DNA of 62,651 nt, counting the filler, from Nemertoderma westbladi (Eukaryota; Animalia; Xenacoelomorpha): the NCBI GenBank assembly GCA_032718475.1. It is 3 parts of 3 records of this genome, joined end to end, with 100 filler letters (N's around TTAATTAATTAA, not from the genome) between each part and the next. Parts side by side here need not be neighbours in the genome. Positions count along the whole stretch, not along the records: positions 1 to 28,179 come from JAUCBJ010006479.1; 2 more parts are not named here. One strand, given 5' to 3'. The notes below the pieces were generated by a model. It was not told the origin of the DNA and searched no databases. It saw only the letters and a list, made by a program, of their open reading frames with translations. Made by a program: the position numbers and the translations under genes. Of this stretch, positions 1 through 10,613 are shown in pieces (position 1 is the first letter of the stretch; every line of letters starts with the position of its first letter).

Positions 1-390
1 ACTAAGATGCTATTCTACATGACAGGTCAGAAAAAAAAATGCAAATTTTTAGGTTTTTTATAAATAGTATTAAATTTTATTAACAAAAAATTTCGAAAAG
101 TTGTCTGATACTTTTATGCAGGGTGGCTATCTAGACACCCACAGGAAGTTTCAGACTAATTACTCAAAAATTGTAGAAGTAGTAGGGTTTTGAAGTTGAC
201 AATTTCATAAAAAAAATATTTGGAGATAATCGACCTTTCATTATACATAGTAATAGTAATTTCAATAGGACTCCCAAAATGGAAATTTACATAACTTGAA
301 AAGTAAAAGAGCTATTAAATAGCGGTTTTCAGATTTGGAAACACCATTCAATGGTGCATTATAATATACCATCCAAAATGGTGTATCCTC
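1..390 (-). mobile_element. Partial copy of the non-autonomous DNA element seen whole at 60701-61434 (runs off the window start)
   Basis: 1-370 is the diverged reverse complement of ~60760-61090 and ~61290-61325. It ends in CCAAAATGGTGTATCC, matching the TIR. Confidence 0.75.
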
Positions 391-914
391 GATTACATCT
401 TAAATACGAAAAAATACAGCGGCTAAAATTTTTCTATAAAAAAAAATTAAAGTTGAATGTAAATATAAGTTTGCTATCTACAATTAATTCCGCATCTACA
501 GGAACTACGCTATTCTACTTTTAAGGCCTCCCATTTAAAACTAAAATGCTATATTCAATTAGTACTCTATATCTCTGTAAGCAACATTAAGATATATGAT
601 GAATTTAGATATTGAAGCAAAAATATTAAATATTGCGAAAAATATGTGACACAGAAGTGTAATTTTTCCGTGCAGAAGGCTTCTGCCAAACCCAGCACTG
701 CCCTGCAACCTGCAGTTTTTGAGCGAGATGGTCCACAGCCTACTCACGACATTGTGCCATGGCAACCTTCTACTTTGAACAAACATTATGGCCAGACGAT
801 ACGTTTACAGCTTCCCAACTACAACATCTGACATTCCGGTAATGACCCTGTGAGTGACAAGCGTTTTAAAATTGTATTAAATTTATTGTAATTGTTAATA
901 TCCAAATCTCTGGA

Positions 915-1692
915 TACATGCCTAGTGAATACATGTCTAGTGAATACAGGCCTAGTGAATACATGCCTAGTGAATACATGTCTAGTGAATACAGGCCTAG
1001 TGAATACAGGCCTAGTGAATAAGGCCGAGTGAATACAGGCCTAGTGAATAAGGCCTAGTGAATACAGGCCTAGTGAATACAGGCCTAGTGAATACAGGCC
1101 TAGTGAATACATGCCTAGTGAATACAGGCCTAGTGAATACAGGCCTAGTGAATACAGGCCTAGTGAATACAGGCCTAGTGAATACAGGCCTAGTGAATAC
1201 AGGCCTAGTGAATAAGGCCGAGTGAATACAGGCCTAGTGAATACAGGCCTAGTGAATACAGGCCTAGTGAATACAGGCCTAGTGAATACAGGCCTAGTGA
1301 ATAAGGCCGAGTGAATACAGGCCTAGTGAATACAGGCCTAGTGAATACAGGCCTAGTGAATAAGGCCTAGTGAATACAGGCCTAGTGAATAAGGCCTAGT
1401 GAATACAGGCCTAGTGAATACAGGCCTAGTGAATAAGGCCGAGTGAATACAGGCCTAGTGAATACAGGCCTAGTGAATACAGGCCTAGTGAATACAGGCC
1501 TAGTGAATACAGGCCTAGTGAATAAGGCCTAGTGAATAAGGCCTAGTGAATACAGGCCTAGTGAATGCAGGCCTAGTGAATACAGGCCTAGTGAATACAG
1601 GCCTAGTGAATACAGGCCTAGTGAATAAGGCCTAGTGAATAAGGCCTAGTGAATAAGGCCTAGTGAATAAGGCCGAGTGAATACATGCCTAG
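915..1692. repeat. 15-bp minisatellite GAATACAGGCCTAGT (14-bp variant GAATAAGGCCTAGT), ~50 copies
   Basis: Directly visible tandem array. Confidence 0.97.
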
Positions 1693-1794
1693 TCTATAGC
1701 GATCCTATCATCGCCATTCTTCACATTAGTGAATAATTTTTCATAAAAGCTTGCGTTGCAAGGATTCCAAATATGTAACAATGACTTGAATTTC

Positions 1795-2077
1795 GTTGAG
1801 AAACAGCTGAGATATAGGCGTTCAAAGATTGCAAGAATTATCGTTCGCTGCAGGCCATTTATTATATTTAATAATTACACAAAATTCTAGAATGTGTTAT
1901 TTATTTTATGAGTTGGTGGGTAACAGCGCTATTCCTATCCAATATATCTATTGCATAGCTATTCATACTTAAACAAAATGTTCCAGAACATTGTGTATTT
2001 ATTAAATAGAATAAATGGCCTTCAGCGAACGATAATTCTTGCAATCTTTGAACGCCTATATCTCAGCTGTTTCTCAT
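1795..2077. mobile_element. Palindromic MITE-like element
   Basis: GAGAAAACAGCTGAGATATAGGCGTTCAAAGATTGCAAGAATTATCGTTCGCTG is inverted at ~2020-2077. A diverged partial copy lies at ~17250-17420. Confidence 0.75.
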
Positions 2078-2089
2078 GAAAATCAAACA

Positions 2090-2358
2090 TTGCAGACACT
2101 AAAGTTGAAATAACTTTTGAGTGTGTGAATGGATTTGCTCAAATTACTTGCAAACCTTTACTACGCCGATGCTCTTTCATTATATGTAATAAAATTTAAG
2201 AAATTCCACCAAAAATATTTTACTTTACTTTATTCGACGGGAAAAAAGGTAAAATCAATGAAATCCTAAGGGTAACTTTTATTCCCAGGGAAAAAAGTGA
2301 AACTTTTTCTCGCGATTTTGGAGTATATTCGAGCGAAAAAGTAACAATTTAAGAATAT
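2090..2358. repeat. Dispersed repeat (likely DNA-transposon remnant), second copy at ~24710-24970
   Basis: Both loci share TGCAGACACTAAAGTTG...TAACTTTTGAGTG...TTCGAGCGAAAAAGTAACAATTTAAGAATA. Confidence 0.8.
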
Positions 2359-2376
2359 GTTATATATATAGCCTAT

Positions 2377-3401
2377 GGCCCGGTTTCTCAAAACTCACTT
2401 AACTTAAATTGGGCACTTAAACTACAGAAAGGCCCGGTTTCTCAAAACTCACTTAATTTGGGCACTTAAACTAAGTGTTTTGTTTCTAAGTGCCCCCTTA
2501 AATTTATTTGCAGTGTCTCAAAAGTTAAATGACCATTTAAAATTTCACATTTAAGCATTCACATTTTTCACATTTATTTTTCAAATTAATGTAACAATGG
2601 GAGGTACCTTATCATCCTGCCACTTAGTCTTAAATAAATAAAAAAAAGCTGTTTGCTTTGTGCCGGTAATGTTATGGCTTTTGTTCCAGTAGTTATAAAT
2701 AGGCATTGGCGAAAATCGAGAGTAAACAACATCAAACTCAATCAACTACAAGTCAGATCGTGGCGGACATTGGCCGTAGGTGAAAATAGTGATCTTCAGA
2801 GCAAATTGACCCCAAATGAAAACTGTAGTGTATTGTTTTGGTTAGAAAACACCGTCACTGTAACCTGCTCCTTTCCCTTAATTCTTTTAATTAAATTAAT
2901 TTTCAAACTCACTAAAATGTATTTTGCGTTTGCGGTCATTTTGAGCCATTGACTCCTACCCGGTACAAGTACTGTATATAACGATACTGAATTTTATATA
3001 GAGTTCTACTATTATTCTTGGTCTAGCTAGCTAAAATTATTTAATTATTATTATTTAAATTATTTAATATTATTTTAAAGTTTTAGGTCTTTGTTTTGTT
3101 CTCACCCTTTTGCTCAGACGTAATAAAAATAAATTAAATTGATCTTCCATTCACATATAAACATATTTAACTGATTGAACTGTTAGCTACCGGTCCGGTA
3201 ACTATTGAATTAAACTTTCAGTTTAGGATAAATTTTAACTTAAATTATTAAAGTGGCTACTTAGTTAAGTGCTACAGTAGTTATCGCTTTATGAAAAACA
3301 ACACTTAACTTAAACTAAGTGGCCATTTAACAAAGTGGGCATTTAAATTTATTAAGTGGCCATTTTAGGATAAGTGGGCACTTAGTTTGAGAAACCGGGC
3401 C
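2377..3401. mobile_element. MITE with GGCCCGGTTTCTCAAA TIRs and 3-bp TAT TSD (PIF/Harbinger-like)
   Basis: TAT|GGCCCGGTTTCTCAAAACT ... AGTTTGAGAAACCGGGCC|TAT. The left TIR is duplicated at 2431, and subterminal GGGCACTTAA/TAAGTG motifs are repeated. Confidence 0.8.
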
Positions 3402-3798
3402 TATATCTCTTATTTCACTTTAAAAGGTCCTTTCAACCAAATTAGACTTAATTAATTCACAATTTATTGTTAAACAATTTAATAGATTTCTGTGCTGGTT
3501 GGTTGTTTGGAAGAACGGGGGGTGTGGGGGGTTACTAACAATATATTGGAAAGAGATGTACAGTATACATTTTTGAGGAAGAGTATTCAGAGGGCCATTA
3601 TCCAAACAATAGATAAATAATCCTTGCAAAATATACGTATATTTCTATACAATATTATTTTATAGATAAATATTTTAAAACAGAATATATGAGAAATATA
3701 AATGTATTTTAAGTATAAATGCATTTTATGACGTATTTTAAGAATTTTGATGAAATTCATATTTGGTTTTACTGCACATACTTCCCAAACAAAGCCTA

Positions 3799-4190
3799 TA
3801 GTGTACAGTAATGTAGTGTACAGTAATGTAGTGTACAGTAATGTAGTGTACAGTAATGTAGTGTACAGTAATGTAGTGTACAGTAATGTAGTGTACAGTA
3901 ATGCAGTGTTCAGTAATGTAGTGTACAGTAGTGTAGTGTACAGTAATGTAGTGTACAGTAATGTAGTGTACAGTAATGTAGTGTACAGTAATGTAGTGTA
4001 CAGTAATGTAGTGTACAGTAATGTAGTGTACAGTAATGTAGTGTACAGTAATGTAGTGTACAGTAATGTAGTGTACAGTAGTGTAGTGTACAGTAATGTA
4101 GTGTACAGTAATGTAGTGTACAGTAATGTAGTGTACAGTAATGTAGTGTACAGTAATGTAGTGTACAGTAATGTAGTGTACAGTAATGTA
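3799..4190. repeat. 15-bp minisatellite GTAGTGTACAGTAAT, ~26 copies
   Basis: Near-perfect tandem array; explains the (NVVYS)n and (LHYCT)n ORFs. Confidence 0.97.
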
Positions 4191-4430
4191 AGCTAAAAAG
4201 CCGCCTTGAAGGGATGAGCTGAGGATTAATAAGCTCTTGATAGTTGCGACTCCGAGACAAACATAATTCTATACTTACGGAATTACATGTATTCAATTTT
4301 CAGATAAAATACATCGATTGATTTGAAAAATAAAAATTGCATTAGTTGTGATTTGTATTGTGTCAAAGCAATTAAAAATATGTTACTTAGGAAATATACA
4401 ACGGGAATGTTAACAACAATTTATTAATAA

Positions 4431-4893
4431 TTAGTGGGGTCGCTTAAGGTGAAAATCGTTTAATAGCCGGGGAAAAGCATGAAACTGTGACTATATATGT
4501 AAAAAAATGTGTAGATTAATCTGAGCCTGTGTACCAAAAAAATTGATTACTTCCCTAGCAACAGGGTGACTTTTCCATAGCAACCGGGTAAAATTGGTCA
4601 CATTTGTTATTGAAACTCACCATAGAGAAAAATTACGATTATATAACTGGGTTAGTTTAAAAATATACGTTTATATACGTTTCCATAGCAACAAGGTGAC
4701 CTTTCCCTATAGCCACAGCTGCATATTTAATGAAATTATGATTGAAACTTGGGATAATCAAGCTGTCTAACAATAGAAGATTGTTAGTTATGACATTGGC
4801 GCTGATACACGTTTCCATAGCAACAGGGTGACCATAGCAATTGTCCGGCAATTAACGATTTTGCTATATTTTAGCCTTAAGCGACCCCACTAA
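4431..4893. mobile_element. MITE with TTAGTGGGGTCGCTTAAGG TIRs carrying X-box-like motifs
   Basis: Perfect 19-bp terminal inverted repeat; internal GTTTCCATAGCAAC at 4679 and 4811 plus degenerate copies. Confidence 0.75.
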
Positions 4894-6941
4894 ATGTACG
4901 TACAATAATAATTATATATGAAGTGAAACAAATATTTTGTGTTAGTCTGTTAATAATAATAAAGAAATAGGAAGAATAAAGAATATCCTAATTTTAATTC
5001 TGGCGTGGAAGGAATATGTTATGTTATTTAATCTGCATTTTTATTAATATGAATTACAACTATGAAATATATTTCAAGTTCAAAGTATTTATTTGAAAAT
5101 ATTAAATGATAAATTTGTAACGCGGATAACTAGATAAAATGGAAACAAGTCAACATCACGAGAAACTTACAAAACCCTAAAATATATAATATTTAAATAA
5201 ATAAATAAAATAAAGCAGCATTTCTATAAAACATAGTCTATAAAACCAAGCACCACATTACGGAAACATGCAAGCAACTATAGAAACCAACTAATTACCG
5301 GTACACATGAAAGAAGGCTACTAATTAATACTAGGCAGATATAATAGGATACAAATATTGCATGAGATACTGCTGGCACAACATACCAGCAAGAATCGAA
5401 AAGCTGTGATTGCCACACAAAGTGTACAGGAACCTTTTAGACAATAGTAACTAAAAAATACAGTGGCAGTGATGTGCTGGGTAAATGAAAGAGGTAAAAT
5501 ATATCCAAAAATTCAGAGGCAAATAATATTGGAATATGAAATCAGAACTCTTTTGGCAAAAATCTTAAAAATACGAGTATAAAACAGATTTCCAACTAGG
5601 TTTGCCCGAAATATGACTAAACCTATTTAATTGTTACGGTTAATCGCTCTTATAAACCGATATTTATAATCCGCCTGCCAAGTAAAATAGTTATACTAAA
5701 TATAAGATCGATACGAAACATAAGGGAGGGTTGAACGGAGTGTGTGTGAGTGGCCAGGGGAGAGATTAAACTCATAGGGGGTCTACCTATAGGTCGCCTA
5801 TTGTTTGAGAGCTGATTAAAAGTAATTAATCCATTCGAATTGTAAGGAACGGTATGCCTAACCATAAAAGTGGTTTATATTTAATTGCAATTAATTTCTT
5901 CCCGGTTTACGCCTCAGTGGCTTTTACTGGTAAAAGGGTACCAGAGTTGCTATTGCCAACATTATTGTACTGTACAACATGTAGATAAAATACTAGGGAA
6001 TATCGAGTCCAATCCAAACATTATAGTCAAATCGATAAATTTCTATTTTAAGCAGATGACAAACTGAATCGTCAGAACTAACCTAACTTAAAGGCCAAAG
6101 CACGGAGGCAGTCACTAATTATCGAAAACACTAATTATCTTTATCTTTGACATACCAGGGGGGGGGGGGGGGGGCTGCAGTGAAATTGATTCAGGATGAG
6201 TGTCTAACCGAACAACCAACCTTAGATGGTTAACCATTAATTAAATGAACAATAAACCTAATTTATATAGAAATTTAAATAAAATAAATTCTTCAAATTC
6301 CTTCCATGTTGATAAACCCAACGTTCTCACGATAATTTTATCCCAATCACGGCAATTTGTTATAGTTTTTTTAAGTTGAAATTGAATAAAATGCTCCCCG
6401 CCATCCCAAAATTAATTATGAGGACATATTATGTATATGATAGTTTTTTTTATTACAATGTTTTTACGAATAATTTGCTTTAGTCAACCGAAAATAAAAT
6501 AAAGTGGGAATCACTGGCAAATGTTCTGCAAGGTAATATTGGTTGGCAGAGCAACAAACATAAAGAAAAACAACCAAAACAGTAAATATATAGCAGAACA
6601 GAAACACGGAAACACGACACTAAAAACATAAAAAAATTACATACTATACAGAATAAATATAACTTAAAAAATATCTATGGGGGAAAAATAATATAAGAGC
6701 ATCAAATCTATAATAAATATATCTAGGGAAAGCTGTGCGCCGCATGCTCAACCCTAAAGCTATTACCCTGCACAATGAAATGCATCAGAATATCCATCGA
6801 CAAAGACGGACGTTAATTCTTTTGTTTAACTAACTAATATTACATGTCACCGCAACAACATTGCCTTGCAACGCGCGTCAATCATAATAACGTCTAGGCT
6901 ACGGGTATAACTGACGGGAAGAAACTACAAAGGTAGAACGA

Positions 6942-9900
6942 TTAGCCGTCGTCTTCAGATTCGCTCAAATGATTAAAGTATTTAAGGCCTTCGTTGTCGG
7001 AATACACGTCGGCGGGATCTCTGTCGTCGTCGCTGTCGTCAGAGTCGCCCAGCAGTTCCTCCAACTCGCGCGTTACCTTAGCGAGTGTGGAAGAGGAGCC
7101 CGGCGGACCGACCGCGGGGAACTTCGCAACTCCGTTAGATTCCAGAGAGTTCGAGGAAGTAGAAAAGGCTCTAGGTGCGTCCGTAATGTTCGGGTTACGT
7201 AGGGGCACTTCCGTTTTAGCTAGGGGGACTTCCGGTTTACCTAACGTCACTTCCATTTTACTTAGCGTCACTTCCGGTTTATTCAGCGTCACTTCCGGTT
7301 TAGCCACTCCTCCCCTGGACTCCCCATCCGCCCTCTTTCTCTGCCCGACCAACCCGTGCAGCTTCAGCAAGGCCTCACAGAACCTCCTGCCGGTCTCCTG
7401 CAGGTCTCGGGTCCCCAGCTGTACACCGCGGTAGACCCCCTGGTCGCAGCCGCAGTAGGTCGCCTCCATGGTGTAGCTGCGCAACACGCCCAACTCGCGC
7501 CACACGCAGACCCGCGCGGAACTCTCCTTCACGCGGTCCACCGAGAACGAGCACAGACTATAGGAGAAGGCGGGCGCCGCCGCGGCTAGTAGTCTAGGCA
7601 ACGTCCGGTACCCGGGGTCCTCCAGATAGCTGCCCTCCAGATCGGAGGGATTCCAACTCTGGGACAAACTGTTCCCGTACATAAACACGTTCTTCTTCCG
7701 GGAGTGACCGTGGAAGTCGCAGAAGACGAGAGGAGCTCTCCCGATGGCGTGGAGGTACTGGAGGAGTCCCTTAGTGTGGTAGATAGTTGGGTGTAAGTCG
7801 GCGGAGGGGGCGACCCAGCAGCGGTTCAAATCGTGTCCGGAAAGCGAAACCCGATGGGCGCCGGACACAACCCCGTCCGGGTTCAGCATCGGGACGAGTT
7901 TAAAGATAAATAATCGACGGAGTTGTTCCGCTACCGGGTGTTCTGACGTGAGGAAGTTGAGACAACCGGACATCACCCAGCTGGCGTTCGACTCCCCCGG
8001 GTGGACTCGGGAGGTCAGGAAGACGTAACGACGACTCCGCAGCTCGTCGAGGCTCGCGGGTTGCCCGGTTACCGTGACCACCGGGACCGCGTTGCCTCCC
8101 AACGTGTCGCACAACCTCCGCTCGCGGTAGAATATCCCCCGGTCGAGGGCTGCGCGCCCCGCCAGGTTGTCCAGATGGATTCGGAGCATCGTGTAGGTGT
8201 AGGGGTAGTGGTAGGCGACGTAGCAGACGTCGTTATCGTGGTGGAAGACGACGCTGAAAGTCGTCGTGTAGTAGTTGCGGCCCTTGAGACCGCCGGCGAG
8301 ATGGGCGGGTTTAACGAAGTGGTTTCTATAGTAACAGACCTCGGCCCCGCCCCTCTGCCAACGGCCCACCCCGCCTGCGCTACTCAGAGACTCCCGCACC
8401 GAATACACCACGGGCTGCATACCGAAGTTGAACTGGCTGTTGAACTTCTCGTTGTTAATGATGTTGAACCGGTAGGGTTGGTTGGCGACGGCGTCGGAAA
8501 CCTCGAAGTAGAACCACTGATGGTGCCGATCGGTGTTCGCGTCCGCATTCAGCAGCAAGTCGTACTCCCGCTCGCGAACCCAGACCACCTTCCGTAGATT
8601 CCCCGACTCGAACCGCGAGTTGAACGAGAGCGAACCGCCGCCGACGCGCCCCACCGGGTTGTCGAGGTCGTAGACGACGCGATTGAGGAGGTCCGCGGGG
8701 TTGACGAACCTGTCGATGTCATCGAGGAGTCGGTAGCGCTGGACGAGGTACGCGGCGTCGTGTTGCGGCTCTCGGGGGACGCCAACCGGGTCCGAGTGGC
8801 CGTGCAGCTCGGCGAGCGAGGCGCGATTCGGCCCGTTTATACCGCGTGTGTCCGCGGCGGACTCGGCGTACAGCTCCGGAGTCGCGTACGGCGACGGCGA
8901 CTCGATATCGAAGTCGGAAGTCACGGAGGAAGTCGAGGGGAACTCGATGAGTCCTTCCGGAGTATCCGCAGGCGGTTTTGGTTGATTCCGAAACGATTTA
9001 CCCTTTTTATTTGATTGCAAATTGTATTTTTTATTTTTCGCCCCGGTTTTGTTGTTGAGCCACGGAAGGAAGTAGGTGGCGGATTTGGGTTCGTCCGCGA
9101 CGACGTTCGGTAGACTGGCGGCGCGGTACCGGGGTCCCGGGGGGTCGGCGGTCCGGGTCCGGGACAGTGGTCGGGACAGGGAGGGACGAGGGATCAGAGG
9201 CATCGGTGTGATCGTCATAAAGTGTTCGGATGGGGGCGGGGCGTCCGGATAAACATTGAGTTGCTCATCGGTCGATAACTCTACCAACTCCGGGAAGAAG
9301 GATGAATACTCTTCCGTTAACTCATCCAAACCGCGACTCTGGCGCACAAACCCGTCCGAAGGAGCCGCCCCTTTGCTAACGGCTCCCTCCGCACTCCCCT
9401 GCTCGCTCTCCTCGCCTTCGCAACCCGCCAGCGACTCGCTAATGTTCGCCGTTTCGACGTCCAGATCGTCGTCGTCCGATGTGAGTATGTCGTTGTCGTC
9501 GTCGTCGCTGTCCTTCGCGTAGTCCACCGCCGAAGGCGCGCAGCCCCCCGAGAGATTGCGAGGTAACACGAAACGGTAGCTGGATTGCATAGAGACCAGA
9601 GGTAGTTTGTGTTTGGGGAGAACCTTGCGGATAATCTGAGTAACGGCATTGATAAGAACATCGACCTCCTTCACGTCTATTATATCCGTCGCTAACTTAT
9701 AAAGGATTTTAATTCCATCGGCGTCGATCACGGCACGACAGCCGGCCTTTAGGTTGGTGAGGTTTTTGATGTTGTTTAGGAGACCCTTACGGATGCTAAC
9801 CTGCCTATTGCGAGGGTCGTAGACCTGCCAGTCTAGAGTCAGACGAAGCAGAACTGAAACACCGTTGCATTGCACAGCCCGTAAGCCGTTAGACTTCGAC

Positions 9901-10613
9901 TTAGTAAACAAGGATAAAGCATCTAAAAGCAACTTCATAGTGACTAGGTGCTTTCTATTGCTGTTGCTGAGTAGTTTAATTATAACCGGGAGGCAACCCG
10001 CTTTTCCGAGAAGTGAGGCGTTGACGGTGTTAGTTGCTAACTGCTTGAGAACGTGGACGGCGGATTGTAGGGCGCTGGCAGTTATGGTTCCCCATCGCAA
10101 GAGACTCACTGTCGTGTTTAACATCCCGCTGAGTCGTGCTTTTGTTATGAACTTTCTGTCTTTCGGTCCAATTCTGGTAAAAACGGAGTGAACTAGAACT
10201 ATGAGGGATATGTTTTCGGAGAAGTTAGTAGCGTAAATAGTCAACTGATCTAACAGGACCGCGGTCAGTCCGCACGAAATCATATCTTTCGCGCGACGCC
10301 CGGTCGACGAAATGTCATAAAAACATTCCAATATTAGTCTCCTTACATCCAACTCGAATGAGTTTTCAAGAATGTTACATAAAACTTCCACTCCGTTGAT
10401 GTTCTTATTTAGTACATCAGCGCGAGGTTTATCATGATTGTGTAGTAAAACTTGTAGTTTAGAGATGTGATATTTAACCTCGTGGATTTGTTCATCAGCC
10501 GAATTGCCTTGATACTTTTCAATGTTTGTGATGAGGACAGCCACCTTACAGTTCGCAGACTCGACATTTGATGATGATGATGGAAAAATAACCGCTTTCT
10601 TCGAACTACTCAT
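6942..10613 (-). CDS. AGTPBP1: Cytosolic carboxypeptidase 1 (Nna1/CCP1 tubulin deglutamylase, M14 family), intron-free CDS, 1223 aa
   Basis: N-terminal ARM-like helical region, then FNSRFESGNL, QWFYF and YHYPYTY. Zinc motifs SRVHPGESNAS and DFHGHS, plus MLNPDGV, DLNR and catalytic SYTMEAT. Confidence 0.93.
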   Translation of the reverse strand: MSSSKKAVIFPSSSSNVESANCKVAVLITNIEKYQGNSADEQIHEVKYHISKLQVLLHNHDKPRADVLNKNINGVEVLCNILENSFELDVRRLILECFYDISSTGRRAKDMISCGLTAVLLDQLTIYATNFSENISLIVLVHSVFTRIGPKDRKFITKARLSGMLNTTVSLLRWGTITASALQSAVHVLKQLATNTVNASLLGKAGCLPVIIKLLSNSNRKHLVTMKLLLDALSLFTKSKSNGLRAVQCNGVSVLLRLTLDWQVYDPRNRQVSIRKGLLNNIKNLTNLKAGCRAVIDADGIKILYKLATDIIDVKEVDVLINAVTQIIRKVLPKHKLPLVSMQSSYRFVLPRNLSGGCAPSAVDYAKDSDDDDNDILTSDDDDLDVETANISESLAGCEGEESEQGSAEGAVSKGAAPSDGFVRQSRGLDELTEEYSSFFPELVELSTDEQLNVYPDAPPPSEHFMTITPMPLIPRPSLSRPLSRTRTADPPGPRYRAASLPNVVADEPKSATYFLPWLNNKTGAKNKKYNLQSNKKGKSFRNQPKPPADTPEGLIEFPSTSSVTSDFDIESPSPYATPELYAESAADTRGINGPNRASLAELHGHSDPVGVPREPQHDAAYLVQRYRLLDDIDRFVNPADLLNRVVYDLDNPVGRVGGGSLSFNSRFESGNLRKVVWVREREYDLLLNADANTDRHHQWFYFEVSDAVANQPYRFNIINNEKFNSQFNFGMQPVVYSVRESLSSAGGVGRWQRGGAEVCYYRNHFVKPAHLAGGLKGRNYYTTTFSVVFHHDNDVCYVAYHYPYTYTMLRIHLDNLAGRAALDRGIFYRERRLCDTLGGNAVPVVTVTGQPASLDELRSRRYVFLTSRVHPGESNASWVMSGCLNFLTSEHPVAEQLRRLFIFKLVPMLNPDGVVSGAHRVSLSGHDLNRCWVAPSADLHPTIYHTKGLLQYLHAIGRAPLVFCDFHGHSRKKNVFMYGNSLSQSWNPSDLEGSYLEDPGYRTLPRLLAAAAPAFSYSLCSFSVDRVKESSARVCVWRELGVLRSYTMEATYCGCDQGVYRGVQLGTRDLQETGRRFCEALLKLHGLVGQRKRADGESRGGVAKPEVTLNKPEVTLSKMEVTLGKPEVPLAKTEVPLRNPNITDAPRAFSTSSNSLESNGVAKFPAVGPPGSSSTLAKVTRELEELLGDSDDSDDDRDPADVYSDNEGLKYFNHLSESEDDG
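7197..7301 (-). repeat. 21-bp coding tandem repeat (5 x KPEVTLx) in the CCP1 tail
   Basis: KPEVTLN-KPEVTLS-KMEVTLG-KPEVPLA-KTEVPLR; DNA unit AAACCGGAAGTGACG-N6. Confidence 0.85.

Noticed and set aside
3747-4296. ORFs (NVVYS)n and (LHYCT)n
   Set aside because: Translations of a stop-free 15-bp minisatellite; no unique coding flanks.
5650-5880. Possible LINE 3' remnant on the minus strand (YGxxS...FNQL-like)
   Set aside because: Too short and degenerate to support a call.
6969-10191. Overlapping and antisense ORFs within AGTPBP1
   Set aside because: Expected from GC-rich coding sequence; no recognisable domains.
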